This document shows, in pieces, positions 16,628-25,470 of a DNA stretch of 33,362 nt. The notes beneath the pieces are model-generated. The model was given only the letters and a program-made list of their open reading frames with translations. It was not told the DNA's origin and searched no databases. Position 1 is the stretch's first letter. Each line of letters starts with the position of its first letter. Both the position numbers and the translations under genes were made by a program. Source of the DNA: Candidatus Dojkabacteria bacterium (GTDB lineage: Bacteria; Patescibacteriota; Dojkabacteria; SC72; JAFGCJ01); contig JAQVGB010000001.1 in NCBI GenBank assembly GCA_028696915.1, forward strand, positions 1 through 33,362. The letters are read 5' to 3'.

Positions 16628-17494
16628 CTACTGCTCCTGTATTGATATGCGTTCTATAGTAACTTCATTTCTGGGCATACTGTTCTCGTCGGTCGATACC
16701 TGCGAGATCTCGTCGACCACGTTCATCCCCGAAACAACCCTTCCAAAGACTGTATGCCTCCCATTTAGCGAACTTGTGTCCGAATTGCCAACCGTTATGA
16801 AAAACTGCGACCCATTGGTATTTGGGCCGGAATTTGCCATCGCCACCACTCCTGGTCCGAACGGATAACTCTCCAGGTCATAGTTGTAGGAATACCCGAT
16901 CACATCGTCGTAGAAACTCGCAAGCGTATCGTTGGAATGCTCCTGAAGACTTCGGGGGGAATACCCGATAGTAGAGGAGTTCCACGTACTATAGAGACCT
17001 GAAAGGTATGGAGCATCTTTGACAAGGATCCGGTCAAGACCGATCGAATTCGGATTGATTTCATCAGGGAAGCTATAGCCGGGCCCTCCGGTCCCGTTCC
17101 CCGCCGGATCACCGCCCTGAATGACAAAGCCATCCACCACACGGTGAAACGTCAGATCATCATAGAAACCATCCCGGCTCAGGAAAACGAAATTGTTCAC
17201 CGTCATCGGCGCACGCTCCTCGAACAGATCGACCGTAATGTCGCCATGGTTCGTTTCAATCGTCGCCCGGTAATCCACTCCGGATCGGAGGTCCATTTCG
17301 GGTGAGGCTGAATACGTATTTCTGTTTGTTCCCATATCGGTTGATGGTCCGCTAAATTGAGCTGAATCATTAAGATAATCGCCGCCTTCGTTGAGGAAAA
17401 TACCGAGACCAACGATGATCACCGCCGCCGCAAGCAGCGGAAGAAGAACACCTTTGTGATCTTTGAATAGATCTCCGGGATTGAGAGCACCCAT
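16628..17494 (-). CDS. Membrane-anchored cyclophilin-type peptidyl-prolyl cis-trans isomerase
   Basis: Cyclophilin motifs FHRVVDGFVIQGGDP, VVAMANSGPNTNGSQFFIT and GRHTVFGRVVSGMNVVDEI. N-terminal TM segment VLLPLLAAAVIIVGLGIFL. A ~60-aa insertion lies between FPDE and the MANSGPN block. Confidence 0.85.
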   Translation of the reverse strand: MGALNPGDLFKDHKGVLLPLLAAAVIIVGLGIFLNEGGDYLNDSAQFSGPSTDMGTNRNTYSASPEMDLRSGVDYRATIETNHGDITVDLFEERAPMTVNNFVFLSRDGFYDDLTFHRVVDGFVIQGGDPAGNGTGGPGYSFPDEINPNSIGLDRILVKDAPYLSGLYSTWNSSTIGYSPRSLQEHSNDTLASFYDDVIGYSYNYDLESYPFGPGVVAMANSGPNTNGSQFFITVGNSDTSSLNGRHTVFGRVVSGMNVVDEISQVSTDENSMPRNEVTIERISIQEQ

Positions 17495-17539
17495 GACATT
17501 CGAGACTAATCTTATACTGCTAACCTATCGCCTCTAGAC

Positions 17540-17548
17540 AGTATAGCA
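17540..17548 (-). promoter_or_regulatory. Extended -10 (TGcTATACT) upstream of the cyclophilin gene
   Basis: Minus strand reads gaTGCTATACTgtctagagg about 45 nt upstream of ATG 17494. Confidence 0.35.
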
Positions 17549-17606
17549 TCAGGTGTGCAAATCAGAGAACCCCTCACCCATCCGCCCATGCGAGACTCAT
17601 ACAACA

Positions 17607-20045
17607 CTACACAACGAGCGTTGCGATCTTTCCCGGCACATATATGAATTTCTTGACATCCTGCCCATCCAGACACCTCTGCACGCTATCCAGGGCCATC
17701 ACAGCCGCTCTGACGGTGTCCTCCGAAGCGTCAGGCGAGATGTTGACCTTGCCCCGAACCTTGCCATTAATCTGGACCGGGATCACGACGCTCTCCTGCT
17801 GGAGAAGTTTCTCGTCAACTTCTGGCCACGGCTGAGCATGCACGCTTCCATTTCCGCCAACCGCGCTCCAGAACTCCTCTGCCACATGTGGGACCATGGG
17901 AGCTATCGCGACAGCAATTTTCTGTAAATTCTCAATCGTGACCGGCTTCTCATGTGCGTCATTGTAAAATTCCATCAGGGCGGCAACTGACGTATTGAAC
18001 TTGCGCTGGGGCAATTCATCGGTCAATTGCCGGATGAGCCTGTTAACGGCGATCTCCACCCCCAGTTCGGACACATCGTCTGTTTTCTTTTTCGCGTTGG
18101 CATTTTCCATGAAGAATTTCCAGAACTTGCGCACGAATCGGTTCACGCCTTGGATCGCCCGGTCGCTCCATTCGACCGTGCCTTCGTGAGGTCCGGTGAA
18201 TAGCAGGTACAATCTGACCACATCAGCCCCGAACTTCTCCACAAGGTCATCGGGATTTATCACATTTCCGAGCGATTTCGACATCTTTGTTCCCCCCTCG
18301 CCAAGAAGCATACCGTGATTGCGCCGTGCCCGGTACGGTTCTTTGCCCGGAACAACACCGATATCGTTGAGAAATTTGTGCCAGAACCGCGAGTACAGCA
18401 GATGAAGCGTCACGTGCTCCGCGCCGCCATCGTAAAAATCAACGGGCATCCAGTAGTTGAGCTTCTCGGGATCGGCAATCGCCGTATCGTTGTCCGGATC
18501 GCAGAATCGGTAGAAGTACCAACTCGAGCCAGCCCAGTTTGGCATAGTGTCAGTTTCACGTTTTGCAGTCCCTCCACAAGTCGGACAGGTAGTGTTCACC
18601 CATTCGTCAATCGCCGCCAGCGGCGATTCTCCCGTTTCTGTCGGTTCATATGATTCGACATCGGGAAGAACGACCGGCAAGTCCTTTTCGGGGACCGGCA
18701 CCGTCCCGCATTTCTCACAAAAAACAACCGGGATCGGCTCGCCCCAATAGTGCTGACGGGAGAAAATCCAGTCGTGAATATTGTAACGGACTTCGGCATG
18801 ACCAATACCGTTCTCAACCAAGTGGTCCATAATTTTCTCACTCGCCTCGTCCACCGATAACCCGTCCAATATATCTGAATTCACCACGGTTCCCGCGTCA
18901 TGCTGGACCTCGGAGATCTTGTTGATCTCTCCGGTCTTCCCGTCTGGACCGACAATAACTCTTGCAACCGGCAATTTATACTGTGTTGCAAACTGGAAGT
19001 CCCGCTTATCATGGCCGGGAACACCCATCACCGCCCCTGTTCCAACGGTCATGAGCACGAAATCGGTCATCCAGATCTGTACTCGCTCCCCGTTGACAGG
19101 GTTGATCGCGTACAATCCTGTAAACACTCCGGTTTTCTTCATCTTCTCGTCAGCTCGTTCCTCGGGTGTTTTTCCCTGCGCTTCTTTTTTATAAGCGAGA
19201 ACAGTGTCCCGATACTCTTCCGGCACAAACTTCTTGTCCTCGTCAAAAATCGGGTGTTCCGGCGCGACGACTATGAATGTAACCCCATAGATTGTCTCGG
19301 GCTGGGTCGTGGATACCACAAGCTTCTGCCCAGTTCCCTCCACGTCAAATGAGATATCGATCCACGTTTTCCGTCCGATCCAATTTCGCTGAGCGGCTTT
19401 GATACTCTCCGGATAATCGACTTCGTCCAGCTCATCGGCCAACCGATCCGCATACGCAGTTATTTTCAGCATCCACTGGCTCAATTCTTTCATTTCAACT
19501 TCACTACCGCACCGCTCGTGCCTCCCGTTCACCACCTCTTCGTTCGCAAGCCCTACTTTGCATTTCGGACACCAGTTGATCGGCGCTTTCTCCTTGTACG
19601 CAAGTCCATTTTCTAAAAATTTTAAAAATATCCACTGCGTCCACTTGTAGTAGGAAGGTTCCGTTGTATCGATCTCCCGACTCCAGTCAAATGAATATCC
19701 CATCATTTTCAATTGCCGGCGGAAGTTGTCGGTATTTTGCTTTGTGACAACTTTTGGATTAATTTTGTGCTTGATCGCGTAGTTTTCTGTCGGCAGGCCG
19801 AACGCATCCCACCCCATGGGGAACAGTACGTTATATCCCTGCATCCGCTCGAAACGCGCCAATACGTCAATCATCGAGTATGTGCGGCAGTGGCCGATGT
19901 GCACACCGTCTCCAGACGCATACGGAAATTCGACCAGAATGTACTTTTTAGGCTTATCCGCAAAGTCGACTGCGCGGTACAGATTCGAATGTTCCCACTC
20001 ATTCTGCCACTTAGGGTCGATTTGTTTGTGGTCGTACTCTTTCAT
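17607..20045 (-). CDS. leuS: Leucine--tRNA ligase
   Basis: 812 aa. HIGH motif (DGVHIGHCRTY), KMSKS motif (GTKMSKSLGNV), a CP1 editing region and bacterial-type organisation. Confidence 0.95.
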   Translation of the reverse strand: MKEYDHKQIDPKWQNEWEHSNLYRAVDFADKPKKYILVEFPYASGDGVHIGHCRTYSMIDVLARFERMQGYNVLFPMGWDAFGLPTENYAIKHKINPKVVTKQNTDNFRRQLKMMGYSFDWSREIDTTEPSYYKWTQWIFLKFLENGLAYKEKAPINWCPKCKVGLANEEVVNGRHERCGSEVEMKELSQWMLKITAYADRLADELDEVDYPESIKAAQRNWIGRKTWIDISFDVEGTGQKLVVSTTQPETIYGVTFIVVAPEHPIFDEDKKFVPEEYRDTVLAYKKEAQGKTPEERADEKMKKTGVFTGLYAINPVNGERVQIWMTDFVLMTVGTGAVMGVPGHDKRDFQFATQYKLPVARVIVGPDGKTGEINKISEVQHDAGTVVNSDILDGLSVDEASEKIMDHLVENGIGHAEVRYNIHDWIFSRQHYWGEPIPVVFCEKCGTVPVPEKDLPVVLPDVESYEPTETGESPLAAIDEWVNTTCPTCGGTAKRETDTMPNWAGSSWYFYRFCDPDNDTAIADPEKLNYWMPVDFYDGGAEHVTLHLLYSRFWHKFLNDIGVVPGKEPYRARRNHGMLLGEGGTKMSKSLGNVINPDDLVEKFGADVVRLYLLFTGPHEGTVEWSDRAIQGVNRFVRKFWKFFMENANAKKKTDDVSELGVEIAVNRLIRQLTDELPQRKFNTSVAALMEFYNDAHEKPVTIENLQKIAVAIAPMVPHVAEEFWSAVGGNGSVHAQPWPEVDEKLLQQESVVIPVQINGKVRGKVNISPDASEDTVRAAVMALDSVQRCLDGQDVKKFIYVPGKIATLVV

Positions 20046-20058
20046 AGAGGTGCATTCT

Positions 20059-20093
20059 AAAATAAAAACAAAAAACCTCCCTTTCGGGGAGGC
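20059..20093 (-). terminator. Intrinsic terminator of the leuS leader (attenuator segments 3:4)
   Basis: Minus strand: aaGCCTCCCcgaaaGGGAGGtTTTTTTGTTTTTATTTT. It ends 13 nt upstream of the leuS ATG (20045). Confidence 0.75.
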
Positions 20094-20128
20094 TTATCGG
20101 AACAAACCGGCGGTCAGAAGCCTCCCGC

Positions 20129-20182
20129 TTATGAGCGAAGGAGAAGGAGGCCCAGCTTTGCAATACCCGCGGTATCTATCAT
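20129..20182 (-). CDS. 17-aa leucine-rich leader peptide MIDTAGIAKLGLLLLRS
   Basis: ATG ATA GAT ACC GCG GGT ATT GCA AAG CTG GGC CTC CTT CTC CTT CGC TCA TAA. It has four consecutive Leu codons and starts 10 nt after the TATAAT box. Confidence 0.6.
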   Translation of the reverse strand: MIDTAGIAKLGLLLLRS

Positions 20183-20192
20183 ATTGAAGGAA

Positions 20193-20221
20193 ATTATATG
20201 GGGGGAATGAAGGAATGTCAA
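20193..20221 (-). promoter_or_regulatory. Consensus sigma70-type promoter TTGACA-17-TATAAT for the leuS leader
   Basis: Minus strand: TTGACA (20221..20216), 17-nt spacer ttccttcattcccccca, TATAAT (20198..20193). Confidence 0.75.
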
Positions 20222-20338
20222 AAAAAGCCGCAGGTCCGACCTGAAGTTCCCAGAAAAGTGATATACTCCAAAAGCTCATGGAAACTGTAGAAACAATCAA
20301 GAAAAGATATTCCTGCCGGGACTCTCTTTAAAAACATC

Positions 20339-21205
20339 ATGAACAATACCCTCCCGCCTATCACAAAAAATCACAAGAGTATCAAGTATCCATTTCACAC
20401 CTATACCCCCTCAGATCTACACAACAAGCACATTCTCATACTGGGACATGGATCCATAACTTCGCCGGACATTGTCGAAGAATCAGCACGTATGTTTTCA
20501 AGTTTCACCAAAGATTTTGAGAAGTACGGAATCGCCGCGCTCATGCCCGTCCTTCCAAGGAAAGTTGGTCCCAATCCCAGTCAGTATCTCGATTCCCAGA
20601 TACTGGAACGAGCCGTTATGATAGACACATGTGATCCGTACTACGCGAGACCTGACAAGGAGATCGTGAAGATGATCGTTTTGTTTCAGAGAGAACTCAG
20701 AGAGAAAGGTTATAACATCTCAGACACGGTATTTTTTTCCGGGGCGTCCGCAGGAGCATGCATGGCACAACGTATGGCTGTTCTATACCCGGATATCGTC
20801 GCCGGTACAGCAATCTTTCTATCAGGGATATTTTTGTACCCGGAAAAAGAACTGGAATCAGTTGAACTGACGTACCCGTTTGGTGTCAGCGATATCTCAG
20901 CCCTCGACGGGACACAATTCAACAAAGAATTATCTCTAAAAATACCCCAGTATATATTTGTAGGGGAGCAGGAGACTCGCGGCGGACCCTTCGATTTTGA
21001 GATTCGAAGCCAGTTAGGGCGGATTGAGGAATTTAGAAAGGTTCTCGGGGAAAATCCCTTGGAGATGACCCAAAAGTATCTGGACTATCTAAAAAAACAG
21101 AATACCCCTTTTGATGCGGTAATTAAGAAAGGCGTGGGTCACGATTGCTCCGGTTCTGATTTCAGAAAAGGATTTGAGTATATTATTGAAAACGGGTTGA
21201 AGTGA
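20339..21205 (+). CDS. Alpha/beta-fold hydrolase (esterase-like)
   Basis: Contains ILILGHG (HG oxyanion motif), the nucleophile elbow FSGASAGA (G-x-S-x-G) and a C-terminal GVGHD candidate catalytic His. An extended -10 TGaTATACT lies at 20259..20267. No closer family assignment is possible by eye. Confidence 0.6.
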   Translation: MNNTLPPITKNHKSIKYPFHTYTPSDLHNKHILILGHGSITSPDIVEESARMFSSFTKDFEKYGIAALMPVLPRKVGPNPSQYLDSQILERAVMIDTCDPYYARPDKEIVKMIVLFQRELREKGYNISDTVFFSGASAGACMAQRMAVLYPDIVAGTAIFLSGIFLYPEKELESVELTYPFGVSDISALDGTQFNKELSLKIPQYIFVGEQETRGGPFDFEIRSQLGRIEEFRKVLGENPLEMTQKYLDYLKKQNTPFDAVIKKGVGHDCSGSDFRKGFEYIIENGLK

Positions 21206-21350
21206 GGCGGGATTTGGGGGATGCAACCGCTATAGGTTGGCACAGTAGAGCTTGCAAGAGAAACTTGCAACTCCTTGAACACATTAATACACTGTATAAT
21301 ACATTCGCAGAAGTAAAGACGGCTAGGCTTAAAATACTCAACCCACAACA

Positions 21351-21794
21351 ATGGACACATCACCTGGTTTCGCACCCAATCCAGCAACCCCTACAGCTCC
21401 CCGATTAGGCGTCCCAAGATGCAGGTTGTCCGAAGCCGAATTAGCTGCACTAGAGAAAGCACATCCGGAAGAACAAGACCTACTTCACCAAATGTTCTTT
21501 GCCTATGGAAAAAGAATGAAGCCAGAAGAGGCCGTACAAGCAACAACCTCCCCTATTCCGAAAACACTGCTGTTGAGGAGAATTGAAGCGAAATCAACAG
21601 GAGCCATTCTTTATGCCATTATGAAACCAACAAGTCCACGTTCACGAGACGGAAAAACACTTGCTGAACCTCCGTTTGCCCAAACCTGTGAGTACGCGCT
21701 TATTCATACTGACGAACTGGACTCATGGGCAAAAGAGGTACTTGATCCAGAATGGAGGGCACTCCGCCAACTTGAACCGCTACATATACCATGA
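21351..21794 (+). CDS. Hypothetical protein (147 aa)
   Basis: Only an open frame with an ATG start, a CTATAGGTTGGCAC box at 21229..21242 and a TATAAT at 21295..21300 upstream. I recognise no motif. Confidence 0.35.
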   Translation: MDTSPGFAPNPATPTAPRLGVPRCRLSEAELAALEKAHPEEQDLLHQMFFAYGKRMKPEEAVQATTSPIPKTLLLRRIEAKSTGAILYAIMKPTSPRSRDGKTLAEPPFAQTCEYALIHTDELDSWAKEVLDPEWRALRQLEPLHIP

Positions 21795-21815
21795 TGCTTT
21801 GTGAAAAATCTTTCT

Positions 21816-21889
21816 TGGACCCGGCGAGATTTGAACTCGCGACCCCCTCAATGCCATTGAGGTGCTCTAGCCAACTGAGCTACGGGCCC
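21816..21889 (-). tRNA. tRNA-Ala (anticodon GGC)
   Basis: GGGCCCG TA GCTC AGTTGGCTA GAGC A CCTCA AT-GGC-AT TGAGG GGGTC GCGAG TTCAAAT CTCGC CGGGTCC A. The G3:U70 alanine identity pair is present. Confidence 0.9.
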
Positions 21890-21903
21890 GCAAAACCTCA
21901 AGG

Positions 21904-21932
21904 ATTGTAGACGATCACCCGTTCTTTCGCAA
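21904..21932 (-). promoter_or_regulatory. Putative promoter TTGCGA-17-TACAAT for tRNA-Ala(GGC)
   Basis: Minus strand: TTGCGA (21932..21927), 17-nt spacer, TACAAT (21909..21904), about 15 nt upstream of the tRNA 5' end. Confidence 0.5.
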
Positions 21933-21992
21933 GAAATCGAGTGAGCAGAAAACGCAGACCAGGAACTGACTCACCCATCCCTCCTTGCCACA

Positions 21993-24900
21993 CTACTCAG
22001 GTGTCCAAACTCCCGATCCGTTGATAACACGCACAAAGTACGCTTCAGTTCCGGAAATCGGAAAGTCAAAGCCGTACACCTCCTGTGTCCCGCCGTCGCC
22101 GGTCTCCACCTGCAAACCGCTGTACCGCGAACGAACCGCTTCCCACTCTGACAAATTATCCGCCTGTACTACTCCTGTCAGATTCACCCCATCTATCACC
22201 GATGCCGCAGTATACGACTCGCCAACGCCATGAACCGACACGAGATTCCAGCCCTCAATAAGTCCAATCGGGACTGGTTCGGCCACCCCCTTCCCTTCCA
22301 GGCGTACCAATATATCTGCACTTGAACGAATGACATACCCCTTTCCGGGTAGTATCTGAAAGTCGTTTGAACCGTAGATCGTTTCCCCCCGTTGTTCAAT
22401 CACCTGCCACTGCCCACTTTCATACGAGGCGATAGAGTAAAAGGAACCGCCGTATACTTCATTGAGATTAACCAGAACTTCAACAGCCGTAGTTCCAATA
22501 TCTTCGTTCAAAAAAGGAAACGACACAAAGTTGAAACCTTGTGATATATCATAGTAAAAGCTCAAGTTCTCTTGGGTTACCGTAATCCCCGTCGCTCTCG
22601 AGATATCAATATCTCTTTCATCGAATAATCCATTTTCGTTTACGTCCACATATATCACCGCCTGCCCCCCGGCATTGACATAGAAACATAGTGTCCCATA
22701 TCCCTCAATTCCATCGACGCAGTACTTACCCGGTTCTGGGAATAGCATTATTCCAGTTTCAGGGTCAATGATGACGTCCTGACTATCACTCTGAGCGTGC
22801 ACCCTGAAGTAATTGCTCAGAAGCGATGCTCTTTTCTCAACGCCAATCACCGCCTCCCGCAAACTTGCAATAACTCCACTCCCATCGATAACTATTTGTG
22901 AATTCTCACCTGACGGTGGATCGCACTTACAGTCACCCAGATCACTGCACTGACAGACATATCCTTTTGTATTACAAATCTGCCCGGGTTCGATACGCTG
23001 TTTTACCCAACAGCCGGGTGTAGTAATATTCGGGCACCAATCGTTTAGTTCGATACTGTAAAATGCCGCGTGTTCGCAATTACACTGTTTAGCCTTGCAC
23101 TGTTCTCCTTTTGATACATCTGCCCAAGCGGGGATCTCCGGCGGGGTACCTCCCCCACACGCTTCACCCGGAGCAATAACCGAATTTGTTTCGTCACAGT
23201 AGCAACCAACATTGGTTCCTGTCAGACTCACATCAACAGGACATGATCCCTCTGAAATTTTCTCCTGCCATACGCCTCCAGTACAGACATACTTTCTCGA
23301 TCCTGATTCGCGGACTTGTCCACTGCATTTATCGCCGCACGCCTTCCCCTCCCCACTGAAATCACATCCAGAACCGCCCCCTGAAGGAGGTGTAGCAGGA
23401 GAAGAACCACCGGTGGCGTCGGTCGAATTGCTTGTACTTGAGGAACTTCCTGATTGTTTGCATTCATAGCAAAGCTGATAGCTCACTACCACCGGCGCAC
23501 ATCGGGGACACAAAGCGCCCCCATCCGGTGTTTCCGTTCCCTCGAGCCCTCCACACGTATCATCCGGATAATACGAGCCTACACACACTTCAGACGGAGG
23601 TGGTGGAATTTGACCCGGAATATCATCCGCATCGATAAACGGACAGGTTTCCGTGCACTCTACGAAATCATATAACCGTTCATCAATATTGCAGTAACAC
23701 CCATCACCATCAAGACACTTTTGATTCCGGGATTTTGAACCCTCATTACCATCTACAGGACATTCAGAACCACCCCCGGACGGAATGGCATCACCACTCC
23801 CCGACCCATCTCCACACCCTCCACAGCAATCGCTCGATGCCTTCCACGTACCATCGGCCTGACAGGTCGCCCACGAACACTTCGGATCCCTACTACCGCC
23901 TTCGCCGCTGGTCCAACAGTCGTATTTATCTGGTCCACAGCGAACTTCTCCGCACCCACCCCCACCCGACGATGGTTCCTGTTCCTCACCTCCGGTATAA
24001 CAACAGCGGATATTCGCACTGCCCGGACATAAACCGATCTTTATCGTTCCCGCGCCATTATTACAAGAATCTCCGCTACTCTTTCCCGGAGCGGAAATAC
24101 ACTCTCCCGGAACTCCATAACAGGAACAACCGGCAAAATCGGCATCAGTGCAACCGGACTGGTTTGGATCCTCACAACAGCTCGTTGATCCCTCCGAATG
24201 GGGAGAGTCCGAGCTTGAATCTGTATCTGTCTCCGTATCGGAAGAGGACGAGTCGTCATCCGAATCATCCCCAGAAGCGTCGTTCTCGTCAATACAACAC
24301 TTAATGTTTATCGGCTGAGTGGGACACAATCCTGATCGTACCTTTCCTGAACAATCATTCTCATTCATACATTGGCCCCCCACTGCCTCACACTCCGGCT
24401 CCTGATATGCCGCTTCCACATATGACACCAGGCTCCCACCGCCCTTTGATTCCACGACGTCCTGCTCCTCCTCCATCACAATCGGATCGGCTGGGGCATC
24501 CATCGTCATAGGAATCGTCACCTCTTGTGGAACAAATCCCGGTGCTTCAACAAGAAGATATTCTTCATCTGTGTTTTCATCCACTCCCCCAAACTCGGCT
24601 CCATCAAACGCACGAAACCCTGAAATATCAATATACCAGCTTCCGTTATCCGCAAGCACTGCAGACAAGGGCTCGCTTGGCAGTTCATTAATACGCATAT
24701 AAATCACACCATCTGGAATATCACCGGCCGGTGACACAATCTTTCCATATGCGGGATTGGGAACCCGCATATCTTCGAGATCGGCAAATGTCGTGAACGA
24801 ATTTACTGATGCCGTTGGAAATCCGCCGGACGTGTCCATCTCCCATGATTTTGAGAACCTGAATCCATTCCCGACCATGAAATAGTATGTCTGCTCAGGA

Positions 24901-25442
24901 TCTAGCCCCGACACAGTCACGTGATGTGCAAAATACTCGCCGACTGTTTTCACAACCACATCCTCGGCAACCGTCAGATAATCGATCTTTGCTCCTCCAT
25001 TGCCTTCCTGTAGAGAATCCCGCATGTTTTGCGCCGCATCCAGTCGGGCGCGGATGACATCACGGTCATCCACTGCAATTTCTTTCCCAATTTTTGAGAA
25101 AAAAAGCGGGTAAAACTGGTCGGTCGTTCCATAGACCACATAGCCTTTCGTCGCCTCATCAGTCACCCAGCTAATCGTTGCGGAACGTCCGGTCACATTA
25201 GTCACACGCACCCTTTTCGGGGCAGAGAAATTCTCGGACAATCCTACATAGACAACAAATGCGATCGTGAGGACAAATACCACCAAACTCAGCCCCACAA
25301 CGAACCTGTTCGGAGAAATCTTCATCCTCAGCCGCTTCAACGCGGGCTTCTGCAACACTGTAACCGGTTCGGGAGCAGGTGGCACAGTATCGGGAGTACC
25401 GGGCACATTCGCAGCCGGAACATCAGGGACAGTCTGATCCAT
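21993..25442 (-). CDS. Membrane-anchored Fn3-headed, cysteine-rich modular surface protein, paralog 1 (1149 aa from ATG 25442)
   Basis: Pro-rich N-terminal tail, KRLRMK, then a TM segment (FVVGLSLVVFVLTIAFVVYVGL). Fn3/purple-acid-phosphatase-N-like domain (VRVTNVTGRSATISWVTDEATKGYVVYG...HHVTVSGLDPEQTYYFMVGNG). 54 Cys lie between aa 351 and 840 (counted from the track translation). The C-terminal domain is shared with paralog 2 and ends GSGVWTPE. The start is set at MDQ (25442) because a TTGACA-17-TATGCT promoter and an AGGA box lie inside the longer track ORF, whose extra 60 aa look non-protein-like. Confidence 0.8.
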   Translation of the reverse strand: MDQTVPDVPAANVPGTPDTVPPAPEPVTVLQKPALKRLRMKISPNRFVVGLSLVVFVLTIAFVVYVGLSENFSAPKRVRVTNVTGRSATISWVTDEATKGYVVYGTTDQFYPLFFSKIGKEIAVDDRDVIRARLDAAQNMRDSLQEGNGGAKIDYLTVAEDVVVKTVGEYFAHHVTVSGLDPEQTYYFMVGNGFRFSKSWEMDTSGGFPTASVNSFTTFADLEDMRVPNPAYGKIVSPAGDIPDGVIYMRINELPSEPLSAVLADNGSWYIDISGFRAFDGAEFGGVDENTDEEYLLVEAPGFVPQEVTIPMTMDAPADPIVMEEEQDVVESKGGGSLVSYVEAAYQEPECEAVGGQCMNENDCSGKVRSGLCPTQPINIKCCIDENDASGDDSDDDSSSSDTETDTDSSSDSPHSEGSTSCCEDPNQSGCTDADFAGCSCYGVPGECISAPGKSSGDSCNNGAGTIKIGLCPGSANIRCCYTGGEEQEPSSGGGGCGEVRCGPDKYDCWTSGEGGSRDPKCSWATCQADGTWKASSDCCGGCGDGSGSGDAIPSGGGSECPVDGNEGSKSRNQKCLDGDGCYCNIDERLYDFVECTETCPFIDADDIPGQIPPPPSEVCVGSYYPDDTCGGLEGTETPDGGALCPRCAPVVVSYQLCYECKQSGSSSSTSNSTDATGGSSPATPPSGGGSGCDFSGEGKACGDKCSGQVRESGSRKYVCTGGVWQEKISEGSCPVDVSLTGTNVGCYCDETNSVIAPGEACGGGTPPEIPAWADVSKGEQCKAKQCNCEHAAFYSIELNDWCPNITTPGCWVKQRIEPGQICNTKGYVCQCSDLGDCKCDPPSGENSQIVIDGSGVIASLREAVIGVEKRASLLSNYFRVHAQSDSQDVIIDPETGIMLFPEPGKYCVDGIEGYGTLCFYVNAGGQAVIYVDVNENGLFDERDIDISRATGITVTQENLSFYYDISQGFNFVSFPFLNEDIGTTAVEVLVNLNEVYGGSFYSIASYESGQWQVIEQRGETIYGSNDFQILPGKGYVIRSSADILVRLEGKGVAEPVPIGLIEGWNLVSVHGVGESYTAASVIDGVNLTGVVQADNLSEWEAVRSRYSGLQVETGDGGTQEVYGFDFPISGTEAYFVRVINGSGVWTPE

Positions 25443-25470
25443 ATGATTCCTGGAACATATAATCAATTCC

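Noticed and set aside
20046-20221. T-box riboswitch upstream of leuS.
   Set aside because: Only a partial resemblance to the T-box core was seen (GATACCGCGGG versus GGTACCGCG), and it falls inside the leader-peptide ORF. The leader is ~140 nt, too short for Stem I, a specifier loop and an antiterminator. The leader-peptide model explains all helices.
20339-21205. The alpha/beta hydrolase gene looks more A/T-rich than its neighbours, raising the possibility of horizontal acquisition.
   Set aside because: This is only an impression from a few 60-nt lines that ranged from about 40 to 50 percent GC. I cannot compute window statistics, and there are no flanking mobility signals.
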